Shown here piece by piece: positions 51,868 to 63,578 of a stretch of 64,000 nt of DNA; the stretch's first letter is position 1; each line of letters starts with the position of its first letter. The translations under genes were made by a program, and so were the position numbers. A model generated the notes under the pieces. It did no database searches. It saw nothing but the letters and a program-made list of their open reading frames with translations, and was not told where the DNA came from. The stretch is from Phoronis australis (taxonomy: Eukaryota; Animalia; Phoronida), in NCBI GenBank assembly GCA_002633005.1, contig NMRA01000173.1, positions 619,338 to 683,337 of the forward strand, in the 5' to 3' direction.

Positions 51868-52370
51868 TTACTCATGGTTTGACTCAATTTCATCCTTCAC
51901 TTTGACATTCTCACAGTTTTGGCAGTTGCACATTTCAGGGCATTTTAGTCCAGCATTTACACAAGAACAAAATGTTTGTTTAATTACAGTTCACTCTGAT
52001 TTTGTTTTGGACTAAGGAATTGTAGAATAGGGTAAGTTCTCCGTAATTTTGATTTCAGATTTCTAGTTCGGACACATACATTACAACCTCTTTTAGACAA
52101 AGTTTCCCCGAATAGTGATTTCAACAGAGTCAAATGCAATATTTCATGTGATATTCGTTGCTCCACAACTTCAAAGCAAAACTCTCTGAAAATTTCACTG
52201 CTTTCACTATCGTCAGATTTCTGTTTTGTCAGTGGTCTTGTGAAGCTTTTGTAGCATGAACGATGACATTTGGTTTCAAGTGCTACCAGATCTCTTCCCT
52301 GTAATCTGATCAAAAGGTCCATGTCATTTCCTGCCTCAGCAGCATCCGAAACCAACCCACCTACAATCAA
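51868..52370 (-). mobile_element. Academ-like (AcademX) transposase remnant, internally deleted
   Basis: The N-terminal-type motif AAE...D..LL.RL.G.DLVA.E.K.HRSCY..F abuts, in another frame, the C-terminal Cys-rich CSCVNAGLKCPEMCNCQNCEN...*. The catalytic middle is absent. Confidence 0.6.
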
Positions 52371-53199
52371 GCAAATTAAAAATGAAAACCGTGGTTAGAG
52401 TTTAAAAATATGGAAAGCATTGTAGGCCTGCCCTGCAAAACAATAGGTGTTGACATGTACTCAATTCTTTATTACAATAACTGAATGGAAGTACAAAGAA
52501 TGATCAAAAGACAGATAGAAAACACTCAAAATAAGATGTACATATACAAGGCCTAGCTGGCTGTGGTCAAAAGTGAAAAAGATAGCCATGGGTTTGTATG
52601 CAAAATGGTCTTGAAAACAAATTTTTGTTTGAAAATTAACATACAATTTCAGATATGCACACAAGTCTTTATAATCATGCAAGTATTCTAAATTGTACTT
52701 TCCCTCAAATAAATTTTGTTATTTCAAATAACACATAAAAGTGGAACTTTTGAAGATAGTGTTCCAACAACACTGCACAAAATTAATTTGTAAGCAAACC
52801 ATCAACAAACTATGTTGAATGAGTAGAAACTCAATAAAGTGACTGTTCTCAAAATATTTGCGATACATTTCATTATTCTTCGACCATATATGTGAAACTG
52901 CACCTACATCTGAAATTCAGGCACCCATTCGCCTTTTAGCAAAACCTTTTGAGTATAAGTAGATTGAAAATGTAAATTTGGTGCTCCAGATATAGGTGCA
53001 TTCTGTAGTCAATATTTACATTGATGGGCAATCACCTGGGCCCATGGTGTAATCCCCAAATTAACCATCCACACAGCACACTTGAATTTACTCGAATTGT
53101 GGCGTGCAATTGATCAATTTTCGGGGTTGAGCTTTGAGTATGGAGATTACCTCTCCACCCACCCCTGGACATAACAAAAAGTATAATTTTGATAGATAT

Positions 53200-54170
53200 C
53201 TTACACCATGCCCAGAGTTATGGTTACTAGGAAGAGAATAATGTACACAGAGGAAAATGTTCATCTTGTTATTGGGTTGTATATCCTACCTGCATTTGAA
53301 TGCCATCACACGGGCCTGTTATTCAATGAATTACCTGGATGCTCTATTCAAACACAAGCAGGCCAGACACTGAGTCCAGGGAACACAGTCTTTTTACCAG
53401 TTGTGCATAGGTGTGCTTTCCAGTCAGTTCGTACCTATCAATTGCTTGATGGTAAATCTAGCCATGCAGAAAAAATCAAGTTGCCCCCTCGACATGGTCA
53501 CGCGATGAAGTGACTGGAGCTACAGCCCATGGCCTATTAGCAGTGGGGCTCAACTTGCTCAATGTGTCGATCTGCCCCACATCAACTCATCTTTAAGGCA
53601 TTGATACACTCCGTCACTACCTTCTTTAGACAATTATCAACAACTATTACTCAGTGTGTATTTGGTGTACAATCACAAGCAGCCACTACATGGAATTGTG
53701 CATGGATGTTATGTTATGGGAATGAACCTGCTGAGGAGAAAGACAATAGGTCCATTACCTGCAGCAGGAATAAGCCATTCATCCGATCCAGTAGGGGCAT
53801 CATAGGCGACCTCACAATCATAAGACTGGCGTGTATCTAGGCAATATGGACTCACACCACCCAGAAGATAAATAGGTCCTCTCATACCAGTTGGATACAT
53901 GTCGCTTTAACTATGAAAACATCTTCATCAAACAAGTGAGAAATAGTTAACATATACACACATAATCTCAAGAACTCCTGAGTTGGCCCACACTGGTGTT
54001 TCGCAGTGCACGTGCACTCAGTTGTGCCGTGCCTTGAGACTTGTCTATTCCACACACTGACAAAACTGGTTGTGTGATAAATGTCATACTCCACATCAGG
54101 CTTTTGAAGCGATACACCACACGATTAAATTGCAACACATATTTCTGAACACCCGGCAAAGGTGTGAAAG
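53200..54170 (+). mobile_element. Degraded HERO-like (R2-group) non-LTR retrotransposon RT fragment
   Basis: Ordered remnants across frameshifts: NYLD, FKA(F)DTLRH, GIVHGC..VMGMNLL, SRGIIGDLTI (compare RGFMDDLT), LSWPTLVF (compare LLWPLLVY). Confidence 0.55.
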
Positions 54171-54635
54171 GTTTGACATAATAGTATAACTCACTGTTTT
54201 CTGCAAGTGTGTGAGTACTTCAGGTGAAAACAAAAATGACTGAAAATTGAGATTTTCAAGACAGGTCTGTTAATGGATTGGAAAGTTATAGTTCCAGAAA
54301 ATAGATCAACATGGTGGTTATATTTGTGTGAATTATTTATTTCCAATTTCAGGTAAGTTTCATGAATACTGACGCAGGTAAACAACTTAAAATGTTCAAA
54401 ACCTTTATTCATGTAGTCGCACACTGTCGTGATAGGATGTATAGCTAAGCCTTTGAACTCGGGGTGAGGATGGTATTCAAGGCAAAGAAATAAAGAAGTC
54501 TAGTAGTAGTTAAAGGAAACGTGACCAACAAATTTGAGATGGAGATACAGAACTTGATTATGTCATCCATTGTGGAGAAGCCCATCTTGTGTTTAGGGAA
54601 GTAGTTGAGTGGGATCCGTACAGACAAGGATCAAG

Positions 54636-54739
54636 TGTAATAAATGACAACGACGGGCTGCAGTCAATTGTAATAAATGACAACGACGGGCTGCAGTCAA
54701 TTGTAATAAATGACAACGACGGGCTGCAGTCAATTGTCG
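54636..54739. repeat. 33-bp minisatellite x3
   Basis: tgtaataaatgacaacgacgggctgcagtcaat in identical copies. Confidence 0.95.
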
Positions 54740-54949
54740 TAACAGGTCTCTGGGAAAAGTTTGAGTGCTGTATCTTTGAACATAGCTTCTTACACTAAAT
54801 GACGTGGTCACCAAAATAATGACAACTGAACAATGAAACAAATCTTTACATATATGGCAATGGGAAAGTCTACTTACTTGCAAGTGTAGGACTTTACTGT
54901 CATTCTTGGAGCACCTGCCATTTACGTCTCAAGATGGCAAAGGCAAGAT

Positions 54950-55900
54950 TGGTAATGATCTTTAGGGACTAGCAGGTATCTGAACAAGAACGAGAAGGAA
55001 ATGGTCTTCAGTGCAGTCTTAGAAGCGTGTTCCAGCATGGAGACATTGTGAGACGAGGGCTGAGAATGGAGACATATAGCCCATGATGTATAGTGCAGGA
55101 AGACGGACATCATGAATGTGTATCCAGATATGTCAAAGCTGTTAAGAAGGAGAACCATAGTACCTAGACAAGGTAGGAGACAGACCTTAGGAAGTCAACA
55201 TGGTCTGTATTGTGGTGAATGGAACCATTCATAATTCAGTTTGTATGTAGGTAATGTGTCACCTGTTACCTGTCACTTGTTACCTACACTGTTCAACCTG
55301 TGTAGATGGGACCCAGCAGAGAACACAGTGTCCTGGACATTGAGATATGTTTTGTCACCTCCCACAGCAGATCTCTGACTGGGAAAATACAGGTGGTGAC
55401 ATGATGAGGTGGACATTTTGGAGAAGACGAGTCGAGCAGGGAGAGTCATCAAACAGCTTATTGTTAGACCTGGTGAGGAGACTGTGTCTGAAGAAGCAGT
55501 CAGATCTGGTAGCAGTATACTGGATGCAGGTGCTAGAGATTGAGAGATAAGAAGACTGACTTGTATGATATCATGACAAGGAATGGTTGACCAGACATTG
55601 TGCTTTGGGCCAGCAAATAGATGCGGTAAAACTCATAGTACTATTGGAAGAACGGGTTGAATGAGCATTCCAAAAGAAGAAGACTAAGTTTGCAGAACGA
55701 GAACAAGCAGTCAGGGACAAGGGTTCAGGTTGGCATACGATTTCCCTGTTGAAGTTGGATGAGAGATTTCCCAGGACAATCTGTTGAGGAACTACTGACA
55801 ACAGCAGCCATTATGGATGTACACTTGTAAAACAGCTGATGAAGCCTGGACATCATGCAGTGGAGGAGATGTGAATAGCTGAACTGGCAGACATTGCTGC
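54950..55900 (-). mobile_element. Heavily degraded LINE 3' region with RNase H remnants (I-group-like)
   Basis: Ordered minus-strand traces resembling IYTDGSK, ASVYTAE and LCWVPS(H)...GN, with many frameshifts. Confidence 0.4.
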
Positions 55901-57413
55901 TGATGGGTCAGGTGACCTGACTGATCAACTCTGATATTATGCAGACGTCATTCTGTGCAATATAGACAAGAAATCATCACCAACTAATTTACCACCATGG
56001 GTGACACTTGTATTAATTGCCTAGCTACTATGTGATTTGTCTTTTACTGTGCACACTGATTAGATGTTCTATGTATGATACACTTTAGATGTAAAGTCTG
56101 TAGTTTCCTGTTATAGTAACATTAACTATAATACATTTAGTAAATATAAGGCTTTGTGTGTCCACAAGTACAACCTTATTTTGATAAGCACTGCAATGTG
56201 GGCCTGATTTGCAAGCTGGTTTCTATATTGTTGAAACAAGCTGTTGTTGACACACAATTTATGTTAATCAATGTTGGTCACCTGCACTGTCTACCCCCTA
56301 TAGTTGCTCTATGTCATCATAAATTCCCAGTTGTCTGTAGTGGCAGATTGTTTCATCAATGTTTAACTCTGATTTCCAGTCTCCTGATACTGTGGTCTCT
56401 TGGCAACCAATTTTAACAGTAAAATGGTTAGGCTTGTTTGTCACATTTTTCTTGTTCACGTTTCTAGGTAAAGCTGCTAAACTTCATAAAATGTCAAAAT
56501 ACTGATTGCAAGTTGATAACAGGTGTATATTGCTTGCTGTGGTTGACAAAACTGAGAAAGCAACTAGTCACTGGTAATCATGATATGCAGATCTGGTAAA
56601 GAAGTGGCTCAGTGATGTCTGACCTGGATTTTCCACCAGACGCAGATTTTTCAATGAGTTTAAAATGCTGATGTTTCTAGGGCAATATGTGATATGATTG
56701 ATTAGTTAGCCAACTGGGCATTAAGTGACAGATTCTAGTCATTTTAAACAAACTACTGTCTGCCAAATGCTCACAGGTTTGTTCAGGTCCTTAGGTTGTT
56801 CTATTCAATCGGTCAGTTTTCAGTAGTCAGCCAAACACAGACTGTTGCTAGGTACGAGTTACCGCACATTCAACTGTTGTGTCATGATGCGTTTTGGGGC
56901 CCCAGTAATACAAAATAATAAAAATAAAAATAAAAATGTGGGGTCCTATGTATCTTGTAACATTTGCTTTAATCATGATGGTTCCTTATGCTTTGATATG
57001 ACGGACAACTACGTGGTAAAAAATGTCAGGAATCACACTTCTCATTCAAATTTAGAATTGCATGCTATAACCCGTAGGGTGTGCTAAGAATGAAAGGTCA
57101 AACTTATCTATCCTTGATCATGAACATGTATTCACAATAAGTTCAAGGCAAAACATGACAATTTGCAGTGCCCATTTTGATAATGAACAGAAAATCTGTC
57201 CGTCTGCAACGTCTGGTGAAAGTCATATAAGGAGTTTTTGCAGATATTTTGGAAATTATAATTTTTTTGCGAAGTCGAGTGACCACAGAAGTCTATTCTG
57301 TGAAACAATGTCTTTGATCTTTTCTATTTTTTGGTGTTAAGTTCAATTAAGGTGTTAGGACTTAGTAATTGTGTGAAAATTTTGCTCTAAAATTTGGTGT
57401 TTGTTTTCTATGT

Positions 57414-57618
57414 ACTTCAGTTGGCCATACATTTGTCTGCTATCCTTGTTATCTATAGACTTCAGTTTGCAATACATTTGTCTGCTATCCTTGTTATCTA
57501 TAGACTTCAGTTTGCAATACATTTGTCTGCTATCCTTGTTATCTATAGACTTCAGTTTGCAATACATTTGTCTGCTATCCTTGTTATCTATAGACTTCAG
57601 TTTGCAATACATTTGTCT
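57414..57618. repeat. 45-bp minisatellite x4.5
   Basis: acttcagtttgcaatacatttgtctgctatccttgttatctatag units. This explains the repetitive ORFs at 57355-57738. Confidence 0.95.
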
Positions 57619-60600
57619 TGTGCCATGTATGGGTCCATTTGCATGTCCATATCTACAAAAAATGCTTTACTTGTAAAGCATAAAAGTGAAAACTATTCAT
57701 CCGCACAGTGTATAGGTCCAGAAGGAAAATTATTCTAATTACACAAATTGCCAGGTGTAATTCCTGTGAGTTTATCATCTCTCCTGTTCTGTACATTTTT
57801 GATACCTTGGCGGTTCTATCATTCCCTTCTTGATCATTTAAATGAACAAATCCTTTGGATTAGTTCACCATAAAGTTCCAATTCCTGAAGTAAACAATAG
57901 TATGTAGACCTACTATATTCATCACGTTTTCAACTTGAAAACAGCATGGACACATCATCCACGTTTTCCTTTTTTGGTAATTTTTGGTGCTCAGTGACTC
58001 CTATAATTAAGAGCAAGAAGTGATTACATTCTTGAAGTTGTTGTCTCAATGATAAAGATACATCAAGGCAGTTTCAGGGGCCGTGTCTGGAGATTGTATT
58101 GGCTCTGTGTTAATTTTTCATTCACGATTGTGTTCCCTTGCTATCCTAAATCTGCCAAGGAGACATGGTTGAAGTTGATATCAGAAAAGACAGTATCACA
58201 TTTCAGATAATATTCAAAATTTCATATTTACAAAGTTACAACGTTGTCAAAAAACAAGCTAAGATTGCTCTGAAATGCATGGAAAACCACTCCTTTTTGA
58301 GTATATTTCATATTTTTTTCTTACTATGGAGGGGGGTATCTCTCCCCCTTCTGCGCTTCGCGCCTCAGAGTCGCGCGACCCATCCATAATTTGGACCTCC
58401 ACTTTTTTAATCCTAGATGAGTCCCTGTCACATAACCGTATTTTTCTTCTAATCACAGATGAATGGAATGTCATGGCGTGACGTGAAAGTTTCAGTCATT
58501 GGCCAAATTATCATTTTTCTGGACAATTTCCTCAACATTTTTTAGAAAGTCTGGGAATTTTCTAAAGAAATAAGTTGAGACTTTGGAAATGTGCAATCAA
58601 TAGTTTTGAAGCTGCACAAAGCACTAATTTAGCCACATTGAAACCTGGATTTGAAACTGATAGAAATCGAGTTTCATGTCAAGTCATACAGACACTACTG
58701 ATTGTTTCACTAAGTTTCATGTCAAGTCATACAAACACTACTGATTGGTTCACTCATGTTAATAGAAAGTAAAACTGGATGCTGATTTCAAGATTAACAT
58801 GATGGGGTTTCAGGAATCTTGGTTTGATAATTTTGATTAAAATGACACATTTGTTTTGGTTTATTGCCCTGACTATAAGTACAACTGAACTTCATTACTT
58901 GCTCTGAATCCCTAAGTGATGTGACTGAATGGGTTTCATTTTCGCTGCTTGAAGGAAACGAAAATAATAAACGATCTCTCTGGGTTACTGGTAATGACTT
59001 AATACAGGATGTTGGGCATTTGCTCAGAATTAGTGTTAGAATGACCATTTTCTTGTGAATTATTAAGACGCGGGAACTTACAGAGATCAAGTCCTGGTGT
59101 TGGGCTGTCAGCTGTGAATTAGGTTTGCAATTTGTATCTCAGTGCAGTTTTATTGATCACAAGTGACGAGTAAAATGAAACGTTTAGTGTTTTTGATCAC
59201 TGAAGTACTGGTGATAGCCTTAATGTAGAAGTCTTTTGTAAACATTTATGAACTTGTAGGCGTGTGTACTCGTAGGCGAGTGTGTACTCATAAGCGAGTA
59301 TACTCGTATGGTAATGTAGAACGCTTCAGAATCACATGAAGCTGCTTGCGAGGTGTGGTTAGTCAAAAAGTACCACTTAAACAGTTTCAACCCAAAACGA
59401 GATATCCACCAAAATTTAAAATTTTTGAACCACTTACCACGGCATCATCTTTCAACATTAATCATTTTTTTCAGAAAACCTGATACCCACAGTGACGCAT
59501 GTTGTAAAACAACCTATTTTGTTAAAGTTTGATTTAAGCGAATTATTCACATTCATATTTCAAATTTGGCGAGTATCTGGTTATGCAATGAAACTCTGCT
59601 CTTACAGAGCACTGTTTGGTGAAATAGCATGCTGTAGTTATGATACACTTGGCATTTAGCCATCAGTTCTGAGACAAAGATGTTTGAGCACCTTGGCAAC
59701 TTGGGATTTTTAGTACTTGCCAGATCCATGCACATATCTTTTAGGTTATGGATTACAGTGTTGTGAAATGTGTGGTGTTCTTGGACTTATCTCCCCTGTG
59801 GATATTATACTTTTAAAGAAGATTCTTAAATGGTTGATGAAACATGTAGGTATCTTGCCCCAATGGCAAGCCTTTCATCCCACCCAGTACTAAATTTAGC
59901 ACATGGTGTCTGTTTTGAACTGTGCTTTGCAAAAAATTGTCAGCTAGAAAGAAGGTAAAACAACAAAGGGTTAGTGTGGTGACAAGACTGTTTAAAAATC
60001 CCAGAACTGTGCGGCACTGCTTTTCAAGAGCAAGGAGGGCAAGAGTGTTACTTGGGGGGCGGGCTAGACTCGCTCCCTCACCCCCCCCCCCCCCCCCACN
60101 CAGTAGGTAATGAATTTGCCCAAACACGTAACTGGGTTTCCTTAGCATCATTAGGTGTTGTCATTTTTCGTCACAAGGAATTTTCATGTGGTGTCCTGCA
60201 TAAAAATTAATGAGGTATTGTTTCACTTGAGAAGATGGTCGACTAACAAGTTCGAGGCCAGTACTGTGGTAAAGTTTTAGTCAGAAACATAAATGTCTGA
60301 TCAATGTCATAATGCACTTAGAAATAAACAAAATTGTTCCATTCATCACCCAGTTACCAGATAGATGATATCATTCAATTTGATGAATCGTTTTACACTG
60401 GTAGAAAAGTATGAAGACTAAAGAACCAAAATGTTTTATCTGAAATTTGGATTTTCATGGAATTTATCAGTCAACCATTGAGTTGAGTGAGTTTTTTAAA
60501 GGTAATTTTCGTTTTAGTTATTTTTCATATTTTTGTATGTTTCATTATTGTTGTAAGATCCATTTTTGTTACATTTTAAGAAAAGATAATAAAATAAAAA

Positions 60601-60749
60601 CTGGTTTGACTAGAACACGAACAATATTCTTATCTAATATCCATATAATTAATCACTTAGTAATTTCTATAACCAAACCGCAAAAATGAATTAAAACTAA
60701 ATTGAAAAAAGTGGGTTCCTTGCAGCCCTAGGCTACTTTTAAACAACAT

Positions 60750-61780
60750 GTATGACCTTCATGAGATTTCGCAGATGTGCTGATATGGATGACAATGTAG
60801 TTTAAACCAATCTGACTGCTGCTGTGCCCCCTAGTGGGAATTTTAGTTTTTAATTAACTTTTTGTATCTTCCTAGTTCCTTGATGGATCTTCATGAAATA
60901 TTGAGAATAGTTTCAATTAAGTACTCAACAACACATTTTCACATTAATTTGACATATTTTGTGCCACCTGGTGGCTGTTTTTATAATTGTTTAATTTATT
61001 TTTGGCTCCGTCTCTCGCTGTCCACCAAACAATGTGAAGGATCATTTTAAAATTTGGCAGATGTGTTCTTATTCAGAATGGCACAACTGATGTTAATTTT
61101 GACTGTGGTGCCACCTAGTGGGAATTCTGTTTTTCTTAATGAACTCAAGTGTAAGGATCATTACAAATTTGGCAGATGTGTTCCCACTTAGAATAGCACA
61201 ATTAACATTGATCTTCAGATGGCTCTGACTGCTACGACACTCATTATTGTTTTTGACTGTATGTACTAAACCGGTCAGAGGATCTTTGGGAATTTTTTCA
61301 AATTTATTTCAATGACTGTGACAAGGAATGATAGAAATTTCGATATGATCTTATTGTCACTGTGCCTCTTAGTGTCAATTTTGTTTGTGTTTGCTTGTCT
61401 TTGTACCTTCCAGGTTCTTTTGTGTGAAGTTTGTCAAATAAGCTTCTATTGAGGTAACAACCATATCTACCGTATTCAATTTTGAACATACATATGCTGC
61501 GCCACCTAGTAGACATTTTTTTAAGTCTGTCTTTGTCGTCTGCCTTTCTTGCAGCCAAATAAATGGATGAAGTGTCGTTTTGAAATTTGTCAATGTATGT
61601 CTGTTGAAAAGGGAAAAACCAACGTTAATTTCAGGACAAGTTTGGCCACTGTGGTGCCCCCTAGTGACAAATTTGTTCTTTTCTCCATCTGACTACCAAC
61701 CAAGTTCCTTGATATATCTCCATGGATTTATTACATATGGTCCTACTCGTGTAAATCAAATTCTCCATCAGTATAAATAC
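60750..61780 (+). mobile_element. Diverged array of about 140-155-bp units related to the HINE-like element at 44909
   Basis: Recurrent gtgcc(c/a)cct(a/g)gtgg at about 60824, 60961, 61108, 61362, 61499 and 61654, interleaved with catgaaat/aaatttggcagatgtg motifs. Confidence 0.65.
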
Positions 61781-62373
61781 TAATTGTATTTTCAGTTCAG
61801 AACATTCTTGCTTCAGGATGTGGGAGGCTTTTTTATATCTTTTGTGATTGTTAAATGTTCTTGGAAGTTTCTGCATTCTTCTTTGTACTCAGACACAACT
61901 TGCGATGTATGCTGAATTGTCTCTGTGTTAGTTTTAAATGTTACAAGTCAAATTATTGTATCACGAAGCTGCCGCTCCCAAATAGTTCTCTGTTTGTGAT
62001 GCACAATGGAAGCAGATAAATAATGACATTGTCATTTCCTTTACTTGTCTTGTTTTGTATCAGTTCTGTGATATTTGTCCTGGTAGAAGCCAGCATGATT
62101 ATATCATTCGTTTGCTTGTCATTTGTCATAATATAAGTGAAAGGTGCAGTGAGATTCCAATTGAACACAAGCTCAGTAGGGGCAAAATGACCTGGTTTTG
62201 TCAATTTTGCTTCTTGGCAGAAATTCTCCTCACTTGTTTTATGTTCGTTTTAAACATATAAAATCTTTTAACATGTCCGTTTCCTTAAACTTCCAAATTT
62301 GTAAAAGCCAGGCATAAGTGTGATTAGACTTTTAATTGCAACCTCAAAACCTCCGATTTATTTTTACTTTCAG

Positions 62374-62629
62374 GACAAGCTGGTTGACTGGTCCAAGCCT
62401 ATATTCTGGCAAGTTGGACAGCTGGGTGACAAGTACATGGATTGGTGCCATCAGCCAATCGACAAGGAGATACGCCTGTTTTACTCGGACTTCTGCGAGT
62501 TCTTCAGTAAGACTCAGTGGTGGGTGATACCAATAGTGTGGCTTCCCATCATCGCGGGGTTGACGAAGCTGGGCTACCAGGCATTCGCAGATGACAGCTT
62601 TGAATTCTTCTCCAAATTTGGCGTCACAG
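62374..62629 (+). CDS. FA2H: FA2H exon (start of hydroxylase domain)
   Basis: tactttcag|GAC...ACAG|gtatag. DKLVDWSKPIFWQVGQLGDKYMDWCHQPIDKEIRLFYSDFCEFFSKTQWWVIPIVWLP is unmistakably FA2H/Scs7. Confidence 0.95.
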
Positions 62630-62672
62630 GTATAGTTGCTGCTCTGCACACAGGTTTTCAAATGAAACTAAA

Positions 62673-63055
62673 GGTCTTGAACACTGCTGGTATGTGGGTG
62701 GTCATAATGTTTTACTGTCTTGAACAGTCCTGGTATTGGGTGGTCATAATGTTTAATGTCTTGAACAGTCCTGGTATGTGGGTGGTCATAATGTTTAATG
62801 TCTTGAACAGTGCTTGTATGTGGGTGGTCATAATGTTTAATGTCTTGAACAGTGCTTGTATGTGGGTGGTCATAATGTTCACTGTCTTGAACAGTCCTGG
62901 TATGTGGGTGGTCATAATGTTTAATGTCTTGAACAGTCCTGGTATGTGGGTGGTCATAATGTTTAATGTCTTGAGCAGTGGTGGTATGTGGGTGGTCATA
63001 ATGTTTAATGTCTTCGAACAGTGCTGGTATATGGGTGGTCATGATGTTTACTGTT
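62673..63055. repeat. 42-bp minisatellite x9 in an FA2H intron
   Basis: gtcttgaacagtcctggtatgtgggtggtcataatgtttaat units. Confidence 0.95.
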
Positions 63056-63382
63056 AAAGCTGCTATTTATGTACATTCTGTCCAAAAGACCAACTTATGA
63101 TTTTGGCCATGTACGTTTATAATGCTGATGTGTAGTCCATAAGTGAAGACATTTGTGAGACATTTATAGCAACAAATCTTCACTCATGCAAACAAACCAT
63201 GAATTTTTCCTCATAATTCGACACTTCAACCTCGCCGACCAATCATGTCAGTGTCAACATCTTTGTTAGTCTGTGCTTTTAAGTTCTGGAACACACTCAT
63301 GAAACACTCGTTTTTCACTCAATGGGCATTTTGAGTGGGCCTCTGCAAAAGTATAACAGAACCTTCACTTTATCTCATGCAG

Positions 63383-63549
63383 GTTTCCCTATGACATGGA
63401 TGAGCATGCTGCCTTTGTTCTGTAGTGGTGTGTTACTATGGTCCTTCCTGGAGTATGCTGTGCACCGCTGGCTGTTCCACATGACTCCCCCTGAAAACTC
63501 ACCTTTCTTAATTACAGCACATTTTGTACTGCATGGCCAACATCACAAG
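63383..63549 (+). CDS. FA2H: FA2H exon with His boxes 1 and 2 (gene continues beyond the window)
   Basis: catgcag|GTTTC...CACAAG|gtaag. Encodes [14 protein letters not shown]...[10 protein letters not shown] (di-iron HxxxxH and HxxHH). Confidence 0.95.
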
Positions 63550-63578
63550 GTAAGACTGTGCTTCCATTCATTGGTAGA

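Noticed and set aside
53340-53450. CSIQTQAGQTLS as a PIF1/Helitron helicase motif (TIHKSQGQTL)
   Set aside because: The surrounding sequence fits ordered HERO-type RT motifs better, and no other helicase motifs are present.
57355-57738. Repetitive ORFs on both strands (also 6655-6956, 24327-24654, 54589-54883, 62668-63042)
   Set aside because: They are translation artefacts of stop-free minisatellite units. The apparent excess of unit lengths divisible by three is partly ascertainment from the ORF track, and 13-, 20- and 29-bp units also occur.
11856-60100. N characters at 11856, 31790-31795, 37732-37738, 45462, 51167 and 60100
   Set aside because: These are assembly gaps, mostly at G/C homopolymers or repeats. 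They are not biological, but adjacent structures should be treated cautiously.
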